Source: an uncultured Verrucomicrobiota bacterium
GTDB taxonomy: Bacteria > Verrucomicrobiota > Kiritimatiellia > RFP12 > UBA1067
DNA: 64,000 nucleotides
Direction of reading: 5' to 3'
Assembly: GCA_947305775.1 (NCBI GenBank)
Contig: CAMZEN010000003.1
Coordinates: 24,410 to 88,409, forward strand
In this document: positions 16,948 through 23,660 of the stretch, piece after piece
Layout of the letters: each line of letters starts with the position of its first letter
Numbering within the stretch: the stretch's first letter is position 1
The notes under the pieces: generated by a model
Told to the model about the DNA's origin: nothing
Database searches by the model: none
Seen by the model: the letters and a program-made list of their open reading frames with translations, nothing else
Position numbers and translations under genes: made by a program

Positions 16948-19596
16948 ATGAAAGCTGAAACAATGATGAAACGAATGCTGGCCGCAACACTTGCGCTTGT
17001 GTCCGCAATTGCGGCGAACGCCGCCGAGGTGCGCTCCGTGCCGGTGCCTGTTTCCGTCTCGCGCGTCAACTGGCGCGGCAATGTGTCGCCGGTCGCACTA
17101 TCCTTTCGCGCGCGCAAGATTGCCGCCACCAACGCCGTGCCCGTCGTGTGGGGCGACGCCGATCCGCGCGGGCGCTCCCTGTTTTCGGCTGTCACGCAGT
17201 CTTGGACGGTCAATACCGTGCGCGGGCTGCCTTATTCGGGCGAACTCGCGCCGTCCACCATGCCGATGCCGGTTGGTGATTATGTGATTGAATGCTGGAT
17301 GGATGAAAACGGCGACGGCAAGTTCAATCCGGGCGAAGTCTACGGTTGCGCCCGCTACACGCTTCCGGCAACTGGGGATGTTTCGCGCGTTGAAATGGAA
17401 ATTGCGGAAGTGTCGCCAAACTTCATGCGCGTTGATCTTGCAAAGGTTTTGGATGTGCAGCAAAGGTATGCGGGCGACCTTGAAGCCGGGCGAAACGAGG
17501 CGCTTCGCGCGGTGGATCGCGGCAAGTGGTGGGTTCCCTGGGCGCAGGTTGATGTAATATCGTCACCAAACGCAACCAATCTTGCGTTTGGCGTTTCCGG
17601 CACTGTGCCCGCTTGGCTGGTTTGTCGCAGAATAGGAGCGGCGGCTTATTACAAGGTGCTTGCGTCGCTTGGCTCCTACCGGCTTGCGGATTCGCCGATC
17701 ATCACCGAGGCCGATCTGCTTGCCGCCGGGATCGTTGAACCCTGCGCGGTGAGCGGTGGCGGTTCCTCAACAGCAGCAATTGTGGTGTTTGCCATTGTCG
17801 TTGGTTCGCCGCCTGCCGAAAATTCCGAAAATGGGAACTCGTATTTGATGCTTGAATGTCTGAATGGCCTTGGGAAGGGGCTGCCTATTGTGTCCCCTCA
17901 ATGTGCTCGCGCGGTCGAAACCTATTCTGGCCGCGTTGTGTTTTCGTGGAATGATTTAATGATGAACAAACTTAATGGTACGCTAGATCAGCCGAATTTC
18001 CTTCGTCCTGAACCGGCATATGCCGTTAAGGTTTGGGATACAAGCCCTGCAACAAATCTGGTGTATTCTTCTGGAGTGATTTCGCCGCCTCGTGATGCGG
18101 ATGGTCTCTATCACTGGGTTGCGCCCGCCTCACTGCAATTAAATGCCAATTCGAATTATGTCTGGCAGGTGTTCGAGGCTGATAGCAGCAATGAATGGGC
18201 GTCGTTCGCGCCTCGGCGCGATATATGGCAAGAGTCGTTCAAGTTGGCGGATGCACCCGAGTTTGTGCCGCCGATGCCGCTTGTCGCGCCGTTGACCGTG
18301 CCGGTTGCCGTCTCTCACGTCGAATGGCGCGAGACATGGGCACCAAAGCTGATGTTCGGCGCAAGCGCGGTTTCGTCTTATGGCGGCAGGCTGGTGACAT
18401 GCGATCCTGCGTATTGGGAGCCAAGCGGGCTTTCGTCGCCGTTGGTGTCATGGGCGCTTCAGCCCATTTGCGGACTGCCATACGCGGGGGTTCTCTCCGC
18501 GCCTGAATCGCCAATGCCGATTGGTGATTACATGCTGGAATGCTATAATGATGAAAATGGTGATGGCAAGTTCAATCCCGGCGAGGCCTATGGTTGTGCA
18601 AAGTTCGCGCTTACGCCGTCCGGCGTCGTCGAGCGTGTAGAAATCGAATTGACCGAAATATCGCCTGTGTTTCCGCGCTTTGATTGGCAGGATATGTTTG
18701 CCATTCAAAGCGGATGGGCCGCGTCCACAAATGCCGCATATGCGGCGGCGTTCGCCGCAACGGATCGTGGCGCGTGGGAAATGCCTTGGGCGGATGTGGA
18801 ACGACCGGAATTTTACATCAGTACCAATGACTGCTGGCTTGCCGCGCATCCGGCAACGAATCTGGATTTTGTAGCGTCGGGCAATGTTGGCGCATGGGTG
18901 GTGCTGCGCGACATTAATGGGGCTGCCATATACTCGCTTCTGAGGCCGTACATGGAGACACGTTCGGGATTCAAGGTATATCCGGCGCGTCGGTTTGGGT
19001 CAATGGATATTGCGGGGCGTCGAATCTTAACCGAGGCCGACTTTGTTGCCGCCGGTGATTTGGATGTTGGCTGGGGGCTTTTGGGCGGTCGGTGGCAGGC
19101 TGTCGGCGGTTCGCGTGATGCAATAACGAACGCGACTTTTGTTGTCTTGCTTGGTGATAGGGCGCTTGAAGATGATTGGCCTGTGCATGTAGCGTATGAC
19201 AATGGAATGCGTGACCGTTATGGCAAAAACGAAGCCAAGGCCGATCAGCTGATTGTCGCCGTGCGCAACAAGTATGAATATGGCAGCGCACCGACCGCCG
19301 TGTCCGATCTTGCTGTAACTAATGGCGTTGCTTCATGGTCGCATGCAAACACGATTGCCAAAGCATACCCGGCGGCGCAGGTCCGCATATGGTCCGATTC
19401 GGCAAAGACTTCACTTGTGTGGGATTCCGGCCCGATCAAGGCACCGGCGCGCGATTCGGGGGGCGTCTATCACTACAGGCTGCCGGGCTCGGCCCTGCCG
19501 CCTTCAGGCTCCACATGGTACATCGGTGTTTCGATGCTTGATGCCAAGTTCACCGAGCCTGCCGCCAACGAAACGGTTGCAGCCTTCACGCGCTAG
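16948..19596 (+). CDS. Secreted 882-aa protein with internal duplication and two DxNxDG calcium-loop motifs
   Basis: Signal peptide ..LALVSAIAANA-AE. Two homologous modules each carry DENGDGKFNPGE (nt 17302-17337 and 18550-18585). Confidence 0.55.
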   Translation: MKAETMMKRMLAATLALVSAIAANAAEVRSVPVPVSVSRVNWRGNVSPVALSFRARKIAATNAVPVVWGDADPRGRSLFSAVTQSWTVNTVRGLPYSGELAPSTMPMPVGDYVIECWMDENGDGKFNPGEVYGCARYTLPATGDVSRVEMEIAEVSPNFMRVDLAKVLDVQQRYAGDLEAGRNEALRAVDRGKWWVPWAQVDVISSPNATNLAFGVSGTVPAWLVCRRIGAAAYYKVLASLGSYRLADSPIITEADLLAAGIVEPCAVSGGGSSTAAIVVFAIVVGSPPAENSENGNSYLMLECLNGLGKGLPIVSPQCARAVETYSGRVVFSWNDLMMNKLNGTLDQPNFLRPEPAYAVKVWDTSPATNLVYSSGVISPPRDADGLYHWVAPASLQLNANSNYVWQVFEADSSNEWASFAPRRDIWQESFKLADAPEFVPPMPLVAPLTVPVAVSHVEWRETWAPKLMFGASAVSSYGGRLVTCDPAYWEPSGLSSPLVSWALQPICGLPYAGVLSAPESPMPIGDYMLECYNDENGDGKFNPGEAYGCAKFALTPSGVVERVEIELTEISPVFPRFDWQDMFAIQSGWAASTNAAYAAAFAATDRGAWEMPWADVERPEFYISTNDCWLAAHPATNLDFVASGNVGAWVVLRDINGAAIYSLLRPYMETRSGFKVYPARRFGSMDIAGRRILTEADFVAAGDLDVGWGLLGGRWQAVGGSRDAITNATFVVLLGDRALEDDWPVHVAYDNGMRDRYGKNEAKADQLIVAVRNKYEYGSAPTAVSDLAVTNGVASWSHANTIAKAYPAAQVRIWSDSAKTSLVWDSGPIKAPARDSGGVYHYRLPGSALPPSGSTWYIGVSMLDAKFTEPAANETVAAFTR

Positions 19597-20678
19597 CGGG
19601 CCGCCGCTTCCATAGCCGCCTTGACTTCCGCAAGGTGCGCATCATGGTCGTAGCGCTCGGCGTTCTCGTCCGTCGTATGGCCGAGAATGCGCTTGCGTGT
19701 TTCGATGCCCGCGCCAGTTTCGGCAAGGCGCGTGGCGGCGGTGTGCCGCCAGCTGTGGAACGTATAGCCTTCGTCAATGTCCGCTTCGTCCAGAACTTCG
19801 CGGAAGCTCAAAAGCGCCTGGACGGTCTTTCCGCGCATGCCGTAAAGATCGGCATGCAGCGGAAATAGGTACTCGCCTTTTCGCTTCAGGCCCGCAATAG
19901 CCTTCTTCACGGGTTCGATGATCGGCAGCGTCACCGCGATGCCGTAGCGTTTCGTTTTCGTCGGCTTCTTGTGGATAACGCCGCGCTGCAAGTCCACTTC
20001 ATCCCATTTCATGCGGGCAATGTCGCCGTATCTGAGGCCGGTGTGCCGGGCTATGATGCAGATTGGTTCCCAATCCTTGCCGACCGTGCGCGCGGCGGAA
20101 ATAATCGCTTCTTCCTGCTCTGGCGTGAACGCCGGTATGCGTTCGCCGTCGGTGTCGGTTGGCGCAAGCTTCGTCCAGGGGTTGCGTATGTCTGGCGAAG
20201 TCTTTTCAAGGAGCGCCCATATCGTAGCAAGGTGCCCAATGATGTTCTGGCGTGTTTTTGATTTGCGCCCGCTCTCGGCTAGCTCTTGCGCGTACTTGGC
20301 GGCGATTGCGCCGGTTACGGCTTCGACGGTGCGGATCGTTGCGGCCTTCTTCGCAACCCAATCGCAAAAGTTCCTGAAGATGTTGCGCCGGTCAGTGATT
20401 GTTCTGGTGGAAATGTTCAGCTTGCCGACAGCCTTTGCAAGTTCTTCGTACTTGGCCCAAGCCGCGTCCAGCGGCAGCATGCCTTCTACCGGCTTCTTGT
20501 AAAGCATCTTCAGTACGTTTACGGCCTGCTCGAACGTTGGCATGGTGCGCGCGGTCTTAATGGCCTTCATCCATGCTTCTGCTTCGTTGAACTTTCGCGT
20601 ATGCGTGGACTCGCGGTGCTTCACGCCGTCTGTGATGTATTCTATCCACCAGACTCTGCCGCGCTTATACAAGTGCAT
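19593..20678 (-). CDS. int: Tyrosine recombinase / phage integrase (361 aa)
   Basis: C-terminal catalytic pattern ..HSWRHTAATRLAE..ILGHTTDENAERYDH, N-terminal SAM-like arm, and adjacency to the att core. Confidence 0.9.
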   Translation of the reverse strand: MHLYKRGRVWWIEYITDGVKHRESTHTRKFNEAEAWMKAIKTARTMPTFEQAVNVLKMLYKKPVEGMLPLDAAWAKYEELAKAVGKLNISTRTITDRRNIFRNFCDWVAKKAATIRTVEAVTGAIAAKYAQELAESGRKSKTRQNIIGHLATIWALLEKTSPDIRNPWTKLAPTDTDGERIPAFTPEQEEAIISAARTVGKDWEPICIIARHTGLRYGDIARMKWDEVDLQRGVIHKKPTKTKRYGIAVTLPIIEPVKKAIAGLKRKGEYLFPLHADLYGMRGKTVQALLSFREVLDEADIDEGYTFHSWRHTAATRLAETGAGIETRKRILGHTTDENAERYDHDAHLAEVKAAMEAAAR

Positions 20679-20810
20679 CTGCGCACACTCCCTTCACGCG
20701 ATTTGCGCCTGCTGCGGCGGTGCGGGGAAACTTCCGCCGCACACAGACCGCACACAGTTTCTGCAATGCACTTTGTGCGTTTGACCCAATGTTTTCAATG
20801 CTTTTCATAC

Positions 20811-20833
20811 TGGTCGGACTGGCGGGGATCGGA
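20811..20833. other. attP-type core at the copy A / copy B junction
   Basis: tggtcggactggcggggatcgga is the reverse complement of the last 23 nt of tRNA-Lys, including CCA. It is flanked on both sides by phage DNA. Confidence 0.8.
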
Positions 20834-20865
20834 TGTGTGAATACTAAGCCCACCGGTGGTTATTC

Positions 20866-21324
20866 CTATGGATTTCTAAGGGGTGATGGCGCGTGATTGG
20901 GGGTGCGCGAAAGTGTTGCGCCCACACTTCTGCGCACAGAGGACGAACGTCGTTTTGCTTCGGCAAGGGCTTGCTTTTCCGTCTTGCCATTGGGGTATAA
21001 AATCCGCTCTATGTCATACTGCAAATCTGTCAGCTCTTCTTGTGCGTCGCTCTCTTGGTCAAGAGAATCTTCAATGTCTGCTATGCGGTCGCCTATGTCA
21101 CGCATGACAGCTTTAATGGTTGCGTCAATGGTCACTTCGCCGCTTTCAACCTTATCGGCGAAGTCTGCAAGCGAATTGCAAAGGGCCTTGTTGCTGCCGC
21201 GCGATTTCTTCTTGCTCTTTCGGAATGGTGCGGTAATGAGCAACCAAAGGCCGCGCACAAGGATTGCAAAGAGCACTATGATGCCAAGCGAAATTGCCAG
21301 GATGGTAAGCGTCTCATTTTGCAT
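20866..21324 (-). CDS. Membrane-anchored acidic coiled-coil protein (152 aa); candidate lysogeny-expressed gene
   Basis: N-terminal TM LTILAISLGIIVLFAILVRGLWLLI. It is the only leftward gene besides int and has its own extended -10 promoter. Confidence 0.5.
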   Translation of the reverse strand: MQNETLTILAISLGIIVLFAILVRGLWLLITAPFRKSKKKSRGSNKALCNSLADFADKVESGEVTIDATIKAVMRDIGDRIADIEDSLDQESDAQEELTDLQYDIERILYPNGKTEKQALAEAKRRSSSVRRSVGATLSRTPNHAPSPLRNP

Positions 21325-21380
21325 GTAAAAACTTCCTTTGCCAGTGTGAACTTTCCTTTGTGTTTTGTGTGTTTGTGTGA

Positions 21381-21389
21381 ATTATACCA
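21381..21389 (-). promoter_or_regulatory. Leftward promoter, extended -10 TGGTATAAT
   Basis: The plus strand reads attatacca. It lies about 50 nt upstream of ATG 21324. The same 9-mer type occurs upstream of host genes. Confidence 0.5.
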
Positions 21390-21430
21390 TACGGCGTTGA
21401 GCGCGTGTGAAAAAAATATTATTTTCCCCA

Positions 21431-21460
21431 TTGACGGTAGGTGCTACCATTTGGTACAAT
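21431..21460 (+). promoter_or_regulatory. Rightward early promoter
   Basis: TTGACG (21431-36), 18-nt spacer, TGgTACAAT (21452-60), 36 nt before ATG 21496. Confidence 0.6.
21436..21448. promoter_or_regulatory. Operator O1: GGTAG-GTG-CTACC palindrome inside the promoter spacer
   Basis: Same palindrome core as at 21871-21886 and 21950-21966. An extra half-site TTGGTAc overlaps the -10. Confidence 0.55.
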
Positions 21461-21495
21461 ACGCGCTGTTGGCAGAAAAAAGAAAGGTCTAAAAC

Positions 21496-21735
21496 ATGAA
21501 CGGCACAAACAGAAAGAAGACCAGGCATTGCCGGTACAAAGTCGGTACGTGTAAACTAACGGTCACGGTTGATAATGAGGACAAGCTTCGTGTTTGCCGC
21601 CGTGCTCATTCACGTGGTTATAAAGATATGTCCGAATACTTGCGGTCTGTCATTCATGACGCCGTGTGGGACGAGCCGCTTCTTCCGGAGGATTACGAAA
21701 AATTAAAAATGATGAGTGCAGAACAGGAGGCCTAA
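21496..21735 (+). CDS. Ribbon-helix-helix (CopG/Arc-like) transcriptional regulator (79 aa)
   Basis: Beta-strand KLTVTVDNE followed by two helices (DKLRVCRRAHSRGY / MSEYLRSVIHDAV). First gene of the early operon. Confidence 0.55.
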   Translation: MNGTNRKKTRHCRYKVGTCKLTVTVDNEDKLRVCRRAHSRGYKDMSEYLRSVIHDAVWDEPLLPEDYEKLKMMSAEQEA

Positions 21736-21738
21736 CAC

Positions 21739-21906
21739 ATGAAACTCGCTACTAAAATAAACCCTGAAACGATGTTGAAGCTTGAACGCCGCGCCGCACG
21801 GCTTGGCCTTTCGCCAAACGAGGCGGCTAGAATTATTGCCGTAAAAGGGCCGCAATTTTTTTTGGCCCTTTTGGTAGGTGCTACCAGAGCTGGGGTTCAT
21901 GGGTAA
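21739..21906 (+). CDS. Second small RHH-like protein (55 aa; not in ORF track)
   Basis: GGAGG 8 nt upstream. MKLATKINPETMLKLERRAARLGLSPNEAARIIA fits a strand-helix-helix pattern. The 3' end reads through the hairpin/O2 module. Confidence 0.4.
   Translation: MKLATKINPETMLKLERRAARLGLSPNEAARIIAVKGPQFFLALLVGATRAGVHG
21843..21886 (+). promoter_or_regulatory. Hairpin (AAAAGGGCC/GGCCCTTTT, T-rich loop) fused to operator O2 TTGGTAGGTGCTACCA
   Basis: Read directly. The 3' arm of the stem overlaps the left operator arm. Confidence 0.5.
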
Positions 21907-21921
21907 TTTCTAACGTGCCTG

Positions 21922-21966
21922 CCAACGCGCCCAATTTTTTTTGATCGCGTTGGTAGGTGCTACCAA
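21922..21966 (+). promoter_or_regulatory. Hairpin (CCAACGCG/CGCGTTGG, T-rich loop) fused to operator O3 TTGGTAG-GTG-CTACCAA
   Basis: Read directly. O3 is the most complete palindrome, with 7-bp arms. Confidence 0.5.
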
Positions 21967-21981
21967 AGAAAGGATGGCAAC

Positions 21982-22083
21982 ATGATTGACTGGCGGAAAT
22001 TCGAAGAACGGTTTTACTGCGCATTGCTGTGGCTTGTCATTATCGGCGGCGCCCTTCTCGTTGTGCGGGAGGTCGTGCCATGA
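21982..22083 (+). CDS. 33-aa single-TM peptide (not in ORF track)
   Basis: MIDWRKFEERFYCALLWLVIIGGALLVVREVVP. SD aaagaaagga. ATGA coupling to the next ORF. Confidence 0.35.
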   Translation: MIDWRKFEERFYCALLWLVIIGGALLVVREVVP

Positions 22084-22262
22084 AAGGCAAGAAGGTCAAA
22101 GAGGTGATTGTACAGGTTAAGTTGCCTGAAGAATACGCTGGCGAGCTCCGCCAATGGGGCTTGATAAATGATCGCGTTTACAGCCGGGAGGCGTCCGCGC
22201 GGCTCAAAGAATCGCTTGACGCGGATCGGAAAAAACTAAAGCTTTTGGGGGGTGCGCAATGA
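22080..22262 (+). CDS. Small early protein (60 aa), possibly RHH-like
   Basis: A VIVQVKLPEE strand followed by helical segments. Translationally coupled on both sides. Confidence 0.35.
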   Translation: MKGKKVKEVIVQVKLPEEYAGELRQWGLINDRVYSREASARLKESLDADRKKLKLLGGAQ

Positions 22263-22495
22263 TCATATGGGGCCGTAAAGAAGATATCAGGCGCGAAGTT
22301 GCGAACGTGCCTGACAATTGGCTGATACGATTCAAGGCGGCAAGGCCGAACGATTGGCGCAAGATGGGCGAAGGCGACGGGTCTGTGTGCCTATACCGTG
22401 CAAGCGCGATTCTCGATGCGGTCGAAAGCGGCGAATTGAAACGCAAGTACAAGTATGCGGCTGAACCTGAATTGAAGAAAGGCGCGCAGCTATGA
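22259..22495 (+). CDS. Small early protein (78 aa), possible excisionase/winged-helix type
   Basis: ATGA-coupled ORF. The functional assignment is weak. Confidence 0.3.
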   Translation: MIIWGRKEDIRREVANVPDNWLIRFKAARPNDWRKMGEGDGSVCLYRASAILDAVESGELKRKYKYAAEPELKKGAQL

Positions 22496-22656
22496 ATCGA
22501 AAGCTTTTCAGGGTGTGGACTGGCACCACGAATGAAGATACCTGGGCCACTAGCGAAAAGAAAGCGATATCAAACGTTGAATGGCGGATGCGCCAGCGGG
22601 GGCGTTTTCCGCTGCGCAGTCAGTTCACGGTCGAGGAGGTGAAGGATGGGAAGTAA
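22492..22656 (+). CDS. 54-aa early protein (not in ORF track)
   Basis: ATGA overlap with the upstream ORF and 11-nt overlap with the downstream ORF. MNRKLFRVWTGTTNEDTWATSEKKAISNVEWRMRQRG.. Confidence 0.35.
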   Translation: MNRKLFRVWTGTTNEDTWATSEKKAISNVEWRMRQRGRFPLRSQFTVEEVKDGK

Positions 22657-23305
22657 ACCGAATCCAGGCAGCATTGCGGGGCTTGCCGAAATGATGGAAG
22701 CTTGCCGCGTCAACCACTTGAACGCCGTTGGCATAATCAAGGAAAGTCACGACGCGCTGTTGGCGCTGAAGGATTTTGCGAACGTGCTGCGCGAAGCGTG
22801 CGGGCCGTCGATGCCGTCTGCAAGGCCTGAAGACGTGCCCGGCATTGCCGATCTGCTTGCGCCCGAAATGGAAGATGCCGCATGGCTGGACATGCGCGTG
22901 AAGATCATGCGCTCGCGGAACTGTCTGGCGCGAATGTACGCTTACGGCAATCTGGTGGGTGCGCTGCGCGCCAAGATAGATGAGTGCGCGGCGCGTGTCG
23001 CTAAGCTCGCGGAACGGATCAAGGGCGACAGTGGTGCCGAGGCGATGGTTGCCGCGAAGCTCAAAGGCAAGCTTTCGCGGATCATGGATGTTCTTTGCAA
23101 GCGGCGTGTTATGGCTGTGCGTTGGCTCATGGAAGAACGCAGGCTTGTGTTGCGCGCGGCGATTTCGCAAACCGTGAGCGTTGCTGCGTCCGGCGTTGAT
23201 GGCGAAACGCTTGCGATGTGGGCGCGCCATTACGATATGGCGCGGCAGGTCGAGTTGCTTAATGAAGAAAACGGCAAGATGCTGAAAGGCGGGCGGAATA
23301 AATGA
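22646..23305 (+). CDS. Helical early protein (219 aa), unknown
   Basis: Long ORF in the early operon with no recognisable motif. Confidence 0.45.
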   Translation: MGSKPNPGSIAGLAEMMEACRVNHLNAVGIIKESHDALLALKDFANVLREACGPSMPSARPEDVPGIADLLAPEMEDAAWLDMRVKIMRSRNCLARMYAYGNLVGALRAKIDECAARVAKLAERIKGDSGAEAMVAAKLKGKLSRIMDVLCKRRVMAVRWLMEERRLVLRAAISQTVSVAASGVDGETLAMWARHYDMARQVELLNEENGKMLKGGRNK

Positions 23306-23658
23306 GTACGGCTCTGGCAAAAAAAACACCGGCGGAACTTTCGGCATATCTTCAGGAGCAAACCGATCTGTTCAAGGCCAAAGGCCTGAATCCGGCAATG
23401 GTTGAATCACATGAGCTGATTCCGATTGATGGGGGGCGGTTCAAGCTTGTCAAGCGCGAAGAACGGCTTACGGTGCTTGACTGGGACCCGAACGAAAACA
23501 GCTGCATGGTGAATATCGGCGAGCGTCCAGGTGCGCAGCGGCTTAAGTTCGAACGTGCTTCAAGGCGCGGCAAGTACAACGATGCCGACCGGCTGATCGG
23601 GTCTGAAACGTGTTCCGTCGAGGTCGGTGAAGTCGTGCCGTTTGTGTCGAGGGATTAG
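23302..23658 (+). CDS. Early protein (118 aa), unknown
   Basis: ATGA coupling. No recognisable motif. Confidence 0.4.
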   Translation: MSTALAKKTPAELSAYLQEQTDLFKAKGLNPAMVESHELIPIDGGRFKLVKREERLTVLDWDPNENSCMVNIGERPGAQRLKFERASRRGKYNDADRLIGSETCSVEVGEVVPFVSRD

Positions 23659-23660
23659 CG

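Larger units (their letters stand above)
1..20833. mobile_element. Prophage copy A (left part cut by window edge): structural/late arm plus integrase of a 32,141-bp temperate siphovirus-like element
   Basis: Portal, capsid, tail tube, G/GT chaperone, tape measure and tyrosine integrase lie in lambda-like order. The copy ends at an attP-type junction (20811-20833) that runs directly into copy B. Confidence 0.85.
1..20833 (+). repeat. Arm 1 of a 20,833-bp direct repeat (period 32,141 bp)
   Basis: Base 1 aligns with 32142. All six-frame ORF translations are identical in both arms. Identity stops after ...ggcggggatcgga (20833 / 52974). Confidence 0.95.

Noticed and set aside
20286-20840. 184-aa plus-strand ORF (188 aa at 52427..52993) running through int and the att core
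   Set aside because: It is antisense to the integrase. It differs between copies only because it reads across the junction, so it is an artefact of the open frame.
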